A stretch of DNA of 62,181 bases, filler included, from Basidiobolus ranarum (taxonomy: Eukaryota), in NCBI GenBank assembly GCA_040143965.1. It is 11 parts of 11 records of this genome, joined end to end, with 100 filler letters (N's around TTAATTAATTAA, not from the genome) between each part and the next. Parts side by side here need not be neighbours in the genome. Positions count along the whole stretch, not along the records: positions 22,693 to 28,261 come from JASJQH010001552.1; positions 28,362 to 33,927 come from JASJQH010001553.1; positions 34,028 to 39,586 come from JASJQH010001554.1; 8 more parts are not named here. One strand, written 5' to 3'. A program made the translations under genes and the position numbers. The notes beneath the pieces were generated by a model that saw only the letters and a list, made by a program, of their open reading frames with translations, was not told the DNA's origin and did no database searches. This document shows positions 25,206-37,100 of the stretch, piece by piece. The stretch's first letter is position 1, and each line of letters starts with the position of its first letter.

Positions 25206-26602
25206 ATGCCTCAAGATCACCAATTCTTGAATATTGATCATTTTGCTGCACTGCAAAACAACACGTAAGTAAGCCCATAGTCAGTCGCTCAACCAATGGG
25301 TCCCAGAGAATCCATGCCTAACAGTTTTCCCGTTTCTTAGTGGATTTGAGCTGATCGTACGTCAGCAGCCTGATAGAGCCCAAATTGGTACAAATAAGGA
25401 CAAGATAGGTGACAGGTCTGTTGATCCACCGCCAATTGTCCAAATCAAACAGAAAGAGGCGTCAGAACAGGCCTTCAGGTAAGTCTTGACAATACCCAAC
25501 TAGACACCTTGCCTTTTATTTACACTCATATTAGTAATATGCTTCAGAGTCCGTGTTTCTTCATGATGGCCGAGGTTATAGGCCCTACTGACGTGCAACA
25601 AGCCATTCCCCCTCACGCTTTTTCTGGGACTTTGGCATCTTCGCTACATAAATTGAAGGACATCGACAATAATGGTTTGTTGGTTTAATTGGATGATTTC
25701 AAGTTATGGAAACTAACCCTGTTCTATCAGATGGGGGGTTTTTTATTTTCCCAGAAATCTCCGTTAGACTTGAAGGGTCCTTTCGATTACGGTTTAAATT
25801 ATACCATATTTATCAGCAGCAATCGCATTTCATCACCTCTTTGTGTTCCGACCTTTTCACCGTATACTCTTCAAAGACGTTTCCCGGAATACGGGAATCC
25901 ACCTTCCTTTCACGCTCATTCTCAGACCAGGGGGCTAGGATCCGAGTGAAAAAAAGCGGCAAAGCAAGCAAAAGGAAAGGCTCTACCTTGGTAATCTCAG
26001 CATATCCAGGTACTTCGAGCCGTCAACGGCGTAACTCCCAGATGAATATGATGGAAGACTCATCACCGCACAAAACATTTCGATCCTCCAGTCTAGAGTT
26101 ATCGTCAGACTACGAAGAGAATACATTAATAGGACGACGTACATCTTACCTTATTGCATCCCACCTCAGCGCTGGTAATATGATCAGTGATGGAAAAGAC
26201 CCCGAAACACATTTCCCCAGGACGCATGCCGGAACATTTAGCGGCTCAGACATGACCTCCCCAGCATTTGTGGAATATGGATTAAGCAAAGCCAGCACAA
26301 ACCTTGTATCATATAGTGAATGCTCAACAAACCACCTCTACCCCTCACATATCCCAAATGCACCCCATCTTCAAGGAGACAACTCGCAAGTACAGAAAAC
26401 ATCCATATCATTACCATCAATTAACGCCAACTCAAGCGAATATCATGAAACGAGCGATCTACCTGATCAGGAGAAATCGGAACACTCATCTCCGCGATCA
26501 AGTATTCCCGATCTCTTTCCCAACACTTTTATCACCTATCTGCATCAATCGAACATTCCGTTGAGTTCGGAAAATGGACGTACACACTCTCAAAGACGTT
26601 GA
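25206..26602 (+). CDS. Velvet-domain transcription factor (VosA-like); exons 25206-25264, 25341-25478, 25535-25674, 25731-26602
   Basis: Three GT-AG introns join in frame: [92 protein letters not shown]. Confidence 0.92.
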
Positions 26603-26747
26603 GCGGTAAATTTGTACAGTATTTTAATCTAAAATGAGACGAATTAAAAAAATCAGTTAGACATTTCATAAAATAAATGGGATGATCGCAAAAAATTGGA
26701 GATAAGCTCAGACACATAGCAAAAGAAACTTGCTCTGTATCAAATGT

Positions 26748-27254
26748 TTAGTGTAGCAATAACCACACAGGATTGTTTGCTTTTTGAGTTGGTCGACTGC
26801 TCCTAACTGACGAGATACCCTTTCTTTTATACCCGGTGGAGAGAGGTTCCTTCCATCTGCAAAAACGTTCTGGTCTTTCCGCATTTGAGCGCAAGTTAAA
26901 AAGGATATGTCAAAGTAGCAGCCAGGTCACGATTCCAAATACGAAGGGGAGAATCTTCAGTAGTATTGGTCACGACCTTTAAACACTGTTGGTTTTTGCA
27001 CCTGAACAGAAATTAGGTTTGAATTTTTAACTTGCATATAAAAAACGTTGACTTTAAAAGGCCACTATAGGATACTTTTCTCTTTGATATGGTCTAGGAT
27101 TTTGGACTTTTTGAAACTTTTCCAGTTCACCGTTCTGGCAAGTAGGGCACGGTTTTGAAGTTTCAAACTTGTGAAGGAGATATAGTTAGAAGCCTTCTTC
27201 GGCTAACAGCTTTCTCATTCCGATACCTCTATTGGATTCATGATACTTTTTATT
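26748..27254 (-). pseudogene. Fanzor1 (eukaryotic TnpB-like) nuclease C-terminal remnant with putative intron 27002-27052
   Basis: KYHESNRGIGMRKLLAEEGF*LYLLHKFETSKPCPTCQNGELEKFQKVQNPRPYQREKYPIV / GLLK^CKNQQC..RIWNRDLAATL / HILFNLRSNAERPERFCR. Shows the RuvC-II region, zinc finger and RuvC-III. One stop and two frameshifts. Confidence 0.85.
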
Positions 27255-28261
27255 TAGTATTAATGGGTAGGGTTAGGTTAGGGGGATGAAAAGCACCAGG
27301 TGGTGTGGTCTTTATTAAGCTTATATACTAATCTAAATGAAGTGACAATCAAGACATCATTCTTTTGAGATATTGTGACAATACTGGATCATATCCATAC
27401 TTAACTTCATGACCAGTGTAATCAAGTTCTGAGGATGTAAATGTAGTGTTAAGGGGCAAAGGGGGTGGGCAGAAAGGAAGGTACTTAACACAAACTAATG
27501 CGCAATAGGACAAAAACCTTGAATAATGGGGATCAAGAAAGGTGTCTTGGATACAAGTTATTGCTTCTAAAGATCTAACTGGAAGAATATAGCAACAATT
27601 TTAGGCTGCTTTGTTTTATGTAGTTGTAAAGCTAATTCAGAAACAAGAGGGTCATCTTGTATCAGTTTCCAGCATGATAGTGGACTTGAAGATGGTGTGG
27701 TGAGCCACTTCTTGACCAGTGGATTTCTGCAGTTATTCAGTGGGAGTAAAAATTTAGCCCCCAACAGCACTACTCTAACATTATTGGGGAAAAATGCAAA
27801 TGTTCCATTCAGAGCATGATTACAGGGAGTCTCAGGCAAGTCAGGCATTAGGGGGAGACAGTCAACAACAGGTGAAATCTTTATTTCAAACAAAACAAAG
27901 AAGCCATAACTACTTTTGTAGTTTCTCATTAAAAGTGTGAAGTTCTGGAGTATTGGTACAAATGTTGCAAAGTAGAAAAGTTAAGTCAGTAGAGTCTAAG
28001 ACACTATTAAGTGGAGTGGGAGGGAGTAATAAAGGTAAAAATGGTTTGTCAACAACAGAAATAAGTGGAATGAGGCTAGCATTAACATAAAGCATAAAGG
28101 GAGTATGTTTCTGAAGATATTGCTGCCAAAGGTCCACTAAGTATTCCTTGTAGGCAAGGGAGGGCTTCTCAGCTTGTTCTATAAAGGAAGCAAATTTCCT
28201 GACTTCAGGATCTCCTAGCAGTACTCTCCAGCAAGAAGAAGGATCAGAGAAGTGGGAACCT
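27255..28261 (-). mobile_element. Decayed non-LTR retrotransposon (LINE-like) 3' end
   Basis: Strong CpG depletion. Broken ORF with degenerate CCHC-like CLPLMPDLPETPCNHAL. Ends in AATAAA and an A-rich run (CTAAATAAAAA) at the Fanzor junction. Confidence 0.4.
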
Positions 28262-28361
28262 NNNNNNNNNNNNNNNNNNNNNNNNNNNNNNNNNNNNNNN
28301 NNNNNTTAATTAATTAANNNNNNNNNNNNNNNNNNNNNNNNNNNNNNNNNNNNNNNNNNNN

Positions 28362-29027
<666 letters not shown>

Positions 29028-29483
29028 TTAGTTAACAAAAGATGTTATCTTGTCAATAACCGGACAATCATCCAAGGTATTTATAAGAAAGCAACCCTGT
29101 CAATGTTTATGCCAGCCTAACTTATTGAATGTCACAATAGCTGGGATTAATTGGCTGGTTCAATCAGTATCCGAAATGGATATTTGGGGATAGAAATAAT
29201 GATCGTGAAAGATAATATGTAGCCAATGATGAGCTAGACTTAGAGGTCTGGAATAAATTAGTCTAGGTAAACAAAATCCTGGACACGTCTCGAATTTATG
29301 AAATGAAATTACCTGTAATCTATAATCATATCGATCGAATCCGATGGAAGCTGGATCCTGAACGCTCTATAATGATTCGGCTTTATTTTCGTCTATTCGG
29401 CCATCAACTTTGAAGTGGAATATTGATTATAAACATGGTCAAGATAATCCATAGCTAGTGTTGTTAGTTCAGGTGTGGATACA

Positions 29484-30083
29484 TTATGATCTTATGATTT
29501 TGTACTGTAAAACATCGGCATCACTGCCTCTCCTATAGTAACCGATAATAGTGTGCAGCTTTTGGAATCCAAGTCTGAGATAGAGGCGATAGGCCTCAGT
29601 AGCATGAACATCTACGTGAAGAGTTATAGCTTTGGCGATGGTATGTTGGTCAGTAATTTCACGAATCATAAAGTTCATTAATTGAGTGCCTATGCCCTGA
29701 CGACGGTACAACTTGTCCACCGCCAATGTAGTTATTTCCGCCGTGGCTTTCTGCAGATTGATCTTATACATAGCATAACCGAGTACTGAATACCCAGAGA
29801 AGACTGAGACGAAGGGTTCGTGAGCCGTGAGTGTGTGACAAGCCTTTATTTCAGATTCACTCTGAGTATGATTAACATCTATATTTGGGTCATCAGCTTT
29901 CACTGCCGCCACCAAGTAATAATAAGGCATCCGTAGTTGCATGGCCAAGTCCATTGCCATATACATAGGAAAGGCTCGATACTCAACCAACTGGCATAGG
30001 CCAAGGATGGAGTATTTGTGATCGAAGAGCTGTGGGTGCTGCGAGAATGGGTATTGGGCGACAAAGGCTTCGACACTCGTCAT
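29484..30083 (-). CDS. GNAT-family N-acetyltransferase (RimI/NAT-like)
   Basis: Acetyl-CoA motif LAVDKLYRRQGIGTQLM; ITLHV..AYRLYLRLGF..GYY. Confidence 0.85.
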   Translation of the reverse strand: MTSVEAFVAQYPFSQHPQLFDHKYSILGLCQLVEYRAFPMYMAMDLAMQLRMPYYYLVAAVKADDPNIDVNHTQSESEIKACHTLTAHEPFVSVFSGYSVLGYAMYKINLQKATAEITTLAVDKLYRRQGIGTQLMNFMIREITDQHTIAKAITLHVDVHATEAYRLYLRLGFQKLHTIIGYYRRGSDADVLQYKIIRS

Positions 30084-30091
30084 TGGATTAC

Positions 30092-30133
30092 GTTCGAAAG
30101 GGGATGTTCGAAAGGGGATGTTCGAAAGGGGAT
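30092..30133. repeat. Tandem repeat GTTCGAAAGGGGAT x3
   Basis: Three perfect 14-bp copies just upstream of the GNAT ATG. Confidence 0.9.
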
Positions 30134-33100
30134 GATTGCTGATGGATCTAAAATATGTCCATACTCTCAGCAGATGCTCAGTTTAAATAAAAATGATAGA
30201 GCGCAGTAACCGTGCTGCTGCGCATACCATTGTGAATCACTTTAGTCATACGATGATAGATTTCTTCCAAATAAGGCAACTTCACTTAACAGTGCACAGG
30301 GAATATGAAGCGTGACATAACTTCGCTATTTGATAAGATTTATGACGGATCTCCATTATTTATAAGGGTTAACCAGATCTTGCTTAACTTGATTTTGAGA
30401 TTCAGCAAGACTTTTGTCGCCAACCTCTTGTGCAGAAATATTGATTCTCAGCCTGACACAAATAATGGATAGGTATGGCAGTAATAAAGGATCAATCAAT
30501 TATTTATATTTGTATTTACCACCAACAATACAACTCTGATTAGTAAGCAACTACTGAGGGAAACCTTTTCAATCTTTTTATAACCATAGGATCTCCACTT
30601 GAACACCGAAGTAATCACAAACACAAAATTGACCTAAATTCAAGAATACAAAAGCTTGTTTAGTCTAGTTGCTCCAGTTAGTGTTAAACAAACTAAAGTT
30701 TTTCACAAAGTAGCGGCTATTATATATTAAAAGTTTTGTGGATGAAACCACGAGTAATTTTGAATATTCGCATAAATATGATCATAATTTATGTGAAGAT
30801 AGTTAGTGATAAACCGCTATTGAAATTATTTTGATAAGAGCTGTATATCTCGTTCGATGGGAATAACATGGAAGAGCATTCTCGATGATATCCTCATAAA
30901 GTTTATCTGAAATATTTCCAAACAGCCTCCATTCAGTAACTTTTGTCAAGAATACTGTATTCCTAATGACTTCATAGAGATTAAATTAGCCATAAAGTAA
31001 CATTCCAAGGTTGCTTGCTGTGTCACTAATGAGCAATCCGTCACCACCTACATTTGTAATATCCGTGACCAGAGTGGCTCCACTAAAGCACAGATTCCTC
31101 AAGATTTTGAGTTGTTTATGAGTTCCTAGATACTTGAAAACCATTCACGTCAATGCTTGGCACTTTGATAGCACTTGTTATTTACTAGCTCAGAGAACAC
31201 TTGGATCAAACTCAGTCAGGAGGCCTCTGAGATGTATACTAACAATATCACCAAATCCCCATCAGCTCCAAGTTTATTCCGAATATTTAAACTGATTTTA
31301 GCATGCAACACATCGATAGCTTTAGTGAATACTTCTACGTATGATTCAAGAAATATCCGAAATTTAATGATGAGCCACTTGACAGAACCGCACTTGATTT
31401 GACGAGGGAGTGAACAAGTGGCATCTGCCTCGGTTTGACCTAATCATCAGGACTATTTCTCAAGACAAAGTATCGCTTCGTTCATTATTATCACCCTCAA
31501 TAGTCAGCTTTATACTTTGGCTATGGATCAGCTTCAGCGGATCCCCAGGAGAAGTCTTTTGATAATTAGGTATATTTTCTCTACTTGCTATCTCATATTT
31601 CGCAAGGGCTATCCTCTTGAAATACTTTGTTAAAGTTAGAGTTGTTTACTTCAAAGTTCTCCTAAAAGTTGGGCGTAACTAACTATTCGCTGCTCCACTC
31701 CACGCAACATATTCATCCTCATTTTAGCACATTTGCATGTCCCGGTACCTAACCGGTAAGACCCTGCTTTTTGCCACTCTGTATTAGGGATCTAATGACA
31801 CCAAACTTTAATGTCTAGCCCCTGAAATTAAGTTGAAGATGAATTAACCATTATGTTTGATAATAGTCTAGATTTATTTCCATAGAGTTGAAATAATATT
31901 CACACCAATTTGTTGTTTAACTCTGTATTAAATGACGTTGTATGAATTACCACGTTGGTCGAATTTAATCAAGAAACGCCCGGACCATGCTTATTACTAA
32001 TGAGAAATAAGCAAATCTAGATTCCATCAAATATTTATATGGTTTCCAGGCTAAAACCAAGGCTATTAAGCAGAGGTCTAGAGGTAACTCAAGAAGCCAA
32101 TGTGGTTGTTAGATACGCACTTCACTGAGATTTGCAAACACATCCAAGATATTTCTATAAACTCAAGATTATGGTAGCTTTTCCAATCGAAATTGTAAGT
32201 GGAAATGATTGGTAAGTAGCTAGCTTAATATAATGCAATGTACCAATTAGGCAGTATACATTACTATCTCACAACTGATGAATATGGATATAGTAGTCGG
32301 TCTCTAGTTGGCCGGTTCAAATTAGGTTGAATTTATCTTCTTTAGTGAAACATGGACCATAGATCTAACACACAGTAAGTTTATCCACCAAATAGCATAG
32401 TTATCCACCCATGAAAGAAGGTTCTTGTGTAAGAATCTTTGCGATTCTAGTTAACGATGAGGCTTTTAAGCAAGTTGGTTATTATGTCAAGTAAAGGTTG
32501 GACTTACTCGGAAAATAGATTCTTCTGCAGAACCATTGTTACACTACATGCTGATATTAATACACTCTTCTCACAAATTGAGAAATCTGAGATAGCTGCA
32601 ATGATATTGAATGGTGGGCAGAAAGCGGGCTCTTCACTAAATTTAGGTCTTGTCCATGGTAGTAATGTTACACAGCAAGTTACCTAATATCTAGTAAATA
32701 CGTAGGGTTATCTCTTATCTAATGGTACATTTGGATCAGGGTTAGGACTAGCAGCAGTACTAGTAAGAAGAGGGCTTAGCGTTTAACAAATAAGAACACA
32801 ACAGAAATTGGGAGGTAGCTCAAGAAGCATCTTCTCAACTCAATGATGCAACACCACTTCAATCGATTACCTTGACACACCGCACCACACCACCGCTTTA
32901 AAATAGATATGCAGTCGACCACACCATATCTTTAAAATAGAAATGCAATCAACCTGTTGCAAACCCTGGCGAATGTATACTCCTACACGATCGCGCAAGG
33001 AGCTAGGGGAGCGTTCCAAGCTTACCAACAGCCAACGATTTCTCTCAAGTAACGTTTCATACGTTTAGGTAAACTGCAGATCCATTCTGGACGCTCTTAC

Positions 33101-34028
33101 TGAATGTGCATGGCTTTGGAGAAAAACATCAGTGAAACAAATGGTTCGTCTAAGCCATTTCTATTTCTATTCCGTCTAAATTTGGCTTGTTACATTTACT
33201 TGCTTTATATGGATGCTCTCATTCCAGCCCTAGGCTTATTCCGGACACTGATTGGCCATCGACTTTGCAGAAGTTAATTTATCATTTCCTAGGAAACGAG
33301 CCCTTTGGAAAACGATTGTTGCAGCAGCTAGTAACAAATTTTAGACTAATGTTCCTGGTGGCATCTTTGAAAACAACCTCGATTTGATTTACTTTTCATT
33401 CAATTTACACAGTAGCGTCGGAACCAATCAATTTAAATGAATAATGCGCATAGAATCAATTACTAGAATCAATTACTACTAGATATAGTTGTTGTACACA
33501 AAGTAATTGGGGTGACCTAACTACAATTAGCCCACTGGCTCGTTTTTAAAGAGCCTTTATCCTCAACTATTCTTACCTGTCCTTAACCATTCCCACTCTA
33601 CTCGAGCCAGCCTCAAGGAAGCCTTTGTCATATCACTTTCACACTTCTTTCAGTCCCCTGTATTATTATTCTTGGTCTATAAATAGATCACGTTTGACTA
33701 TTTCTCCTTGAAGATACGCATGTACCTATCGCTTGTTGTTTTCAACTAAGCCTCTTGTCCACTCTGTAGAGTGAGTATCGTCGTTCATACTCCATTTTTT
33801 CATTTGCTTCACAAATACTTGTCACTCCTTCACCTCAACTCATAGACCCACAAACTCCAATGACAACTTGTCAGATCTTGCTTCCAAAGCTGTGACCAAG
33901 TTTGAATACTGTCCTGGTAGACTACTTNNNNNNNNNNNNNNNNNNNNNNNNNNNNNNNNNNNNNNNNNNNNTTAATTAATTAANNNNNNNNNNNNNNNNN
34001 NNNNNNNNNNNNNNNNNNNNNNNNNNNA

Positions 34029-34118
34029 TACCGAGATGGAGTCATGTTCACCAATATATTTGATGGTCTCTGGGGTATATTCCGAGTTAGTGAACCTTCT
34101 GATATAAAAGCAGAGTAG
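34029..34118 (+). CDS. Last 29 codons of a gene resembling the C-terminus of MnxG-type multicopper oxidases
   Basis: YRDGVMFTNIFDGLWGIFRVSEPSDIKAE*, open from the contig edge. Confidence 0.4.
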   Translation, partial: YRDGVMFTNIFDGLWGIFRVSEPSDIKAE

Positions 34119-35027
34119 ATTGTTGGGAGTTTAATCTGGCAGCTTAATATGATTTTTCCTTCCTCCGCAATATTTCCGTTTATACCCACTTATACCTACT
34201 TAGAGCTTACTAAGAGCCTATATACCCTTCTCCAACTATTAGCCTATTAGTATTGCTTTTATATTATAAAAACTTAGTTACGAACTGAACTCTCTACTAT
34301 GGATTCAAATTAGTCACAATAGATATGGATATACTAGCCGATTAATGTAATCAGTATTATTTTCCTTATAATATGCTTAACCGCATTGCCTCAATGGACC
34401 GTCGAAGTGTTAAGTTATGAGAGAAATGTTGAATAGGCACAATGCATTTGCTATGTTAGTGTGATAGTATGCATTACCTGATTGAGCTAGGAGAGCAATT
34501 GAAGCTAAAGTTCTTTGATCCAGCTTCTTAATACCTACTATGATTTTTTACTTGTACAGAGTTGGACAGATGTTACTATTTTTGCAAGCCTCCGACTGCT
34601 GAACACACTCACATTTTTAATACGGAGTTCTTTGACTTAAACCCTGATTTCAACTGCTATATTTAGCATGAGTTCACATATTAAGTTAAAAATTGATATT
34701 TCCCAAATCCTTGACCTTGGGAAAATCTTTGCGGTTTTAGCAACTTTGAACATGTGAGAATGTTCTTAGTTTAGTAGAAAAGATCACCTGTTCCAGATAG
34801 TCTCTAACGTTTTTCATGTACTTTACATCCAATTTGTGTCCATCAATACAAGATTTTGTTAGATTAATGCACTGCTTACTGGTTTGTGGGCTACACTATA
34901 TCCCGAACTGATGACGAGAAATAAGGAAGAGCTACCCAAGGAGGAAGGGATATATCTGGCTGATTGGAACTGTCAAATATATCTCCAAGTAACTTGAATC
35001 TCGGATTCTGGAACGTATGGGATGAAT

Positions 35028-35075
35028 CATTTTTACATAAATTGGGGTGTGCATTTTTACATAAATTGGGGTGTG
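35028..35075. repeat. Perfect 24-bp tandem duplication
   Basis: CATTTTTACATAAATTGGGGTGTG x2. Confidence 0.9.
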
Positions 35076-36397
35076 CCTGATCTGTAGGAATGTACTAATA
35101 TGATCTACGAGGTATTTATTTCTTCAGAGCGATTGAAAAATATAAACCTCAACTAGGCATGGGGATTGAGATTAGAATTTGTCAGAGATACCTCATCACG
35201 TGCACTCATTTCATGTGAATCCATTCGCCAGGCTTCATTATAAACCTATTAGGTGCATTATTACTGGAAGAGAATGAATTCAAATAATTTGACAATGAGT
35301 GAATATGTGAGACTTGGAAACCAAGATTGCTACTTAGGAACTGTTGTGAATACTCTAATCTTTACTATTTGTGATATCCCATACTAGAGCTTATCAGCCT
35401 AAAAGTATGAACCAAATATCACTGCTACTAGGATGTTACTCACTCTGTAGCTCAAAGGAAAATCTGAAGTCAAGAAGCCATGTGCGAGCTATATTTGGAA
35501 TGTTTCTTAACTGTATTATTAAGTTATACATTTGACAGGAATATTCTAACCACAGTATTGTAGGTTATCGTACATAAACAGATAACCTCCTTCAAACTCG
35601 TGTATATTCATGAACTCACAACCCTTCAAACCAGTTGCTGATTTAGTACATAGAATAACATGCTAACTGGCAGTAGTAAATCCCATGACACATACATAAC
35701 TTAGAGTACTCTACTAACATATTTCTTTTAGGCTCCATATGCGCCAAGTTCACTTCTCCTCCCCCACCCTAAAATGGTACGATGGAGTGATGTCTTTATT
35801 CATTTATTTAATAGAGATTTCTCCTTGGATCACCCCTCTGTTCCATCGAGCTGTGGATAACCAATAACTATGACATTACTACTGTCCGATTGGCAAAAGA
35901 ATTTATCCTCGAATCATCCATTTACACCATAGGCCCCAAGTGTTGAAATTGATTATGTGACAACTCGGATTAAACCTCCCAACCTTTGTGTGAAATTAAC
36001 CCTAACCCTAGATCAAGCCAACATCATATGATTTAAATACTAGAGGTTGTCGCGTTGAAGGGGTTCTTGGCAGAGTTTAAAATACGTAACTAGTAAGAGG
36101 GTGAAAATGAAGTTGCAGGTGAGAATGGAGAGAACCATTCTCTAGTACTAGTTTAGAAACCTGCCAAACTGCGTCACTTCGATCGGAAAGGGGTTTAGAT
36201 GGGATCAAATTGGGATGCACATAGTATAAGGTTTAATACGAATAATCCAGGTTTGGCCAAGAGTAATCTGAAACGTGGTCTCACCTTGGCAACATCTTGG
36301 TACCCTGCTTTCAAAGGTAAAACATATATAATCCACTTCACTCCATATCTGTAGTTAGCGTTGAATATTAGATTTTGCTCTTCCCTAGTCACAGAAA

Positions 36398-37100
36398 ATG
36401 GCCCATAATTGCACAACACCAATCGTCAAATATCAAGGACATTCAAGACCAACATTCGGACCTGGAATTAACAAAACAGTATATAAATTAACAGGTAATC
36501 ATCTCTTTAACTGTTCAGCCAGGTTTAAGGAGTTTACTAAAGAAATGAATTTGAACAGAAATTACCACTTTGTTGATCCACAATTTGTCTCAAATCATAA
36601 AATTGAAGTCAGATGATGAGAACTCTTTACGATACTTCATGGTTAACCTTATACGCTGCACCGCTCCTTCGATGTGTCACCTACTTTGTGCCAGCATTTA
36701 CTTGTTACGTTTGAACCAAATACAACCCTCTATATCAAGCATCCACAACGGCCAACAGCTTTTCCTAGCAGCATTGATCCTTGCACACAAGTATCTGGAT
36801 GACACCGCAACGTCCACCCGCATTTGGTCACGGCGCAGTGGAATGGCGGTATCTGAAATAGTGAAGATAGAGTGGGAGTTATTCAAGCTTTTAGAATTCA
36901 ACCTGAATATCACCACTCTTGCCTTTGAAAAGTGGGCAACTCTTACAATAGGCAACTCTATTGGGAACGATGTTCCGAATGATCTACACAAGAAATATCA
37001 CAGATCACATAAATACAGATCCCATCCCTATGAACCTCTTACTAAAAACAATCATGGATTCTCAGCTTACCACTCCTCCTCTACCCTTTTTTCTGACTGA
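36398..37100 (+). CDS. Pho80/Pcl-type cyclin; exons 36398-36494 and 36559-37100
   Basis: Intron GTAATC..TACTAA..ACAG fuses two ORF-track entries in frame. Cyclin box CASIYLLRL..LFLAALILAHKYLDD..WS..IVKIEWELFKLLEFNL. Confidence 0.88.

Noticed and set aside
26858-27035. Crossed complementary segments (TGCAAAAAC/GTTTTTGCA and GCAAGTTAAAAA/TTTTTAACTTGC) as a pseudoknotted ncRNA
   Set aside because: They lie within Fanzor coding and intron sequence, are A/T-run rich, and lack covariation evidence.
33678-33927. Gene start at the end of contig 6 (TATA, intron-like 33771-33845, short ATG ORFs)
   Set aside because: Both ATGs stop within about 12 codons. Probably a 5' leader, but no CDS can be supported.
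35997-36010. TAACCC repeats as a telomere
   Set aside because: Only about two units and internal to a contig; treated as a promoter motif.
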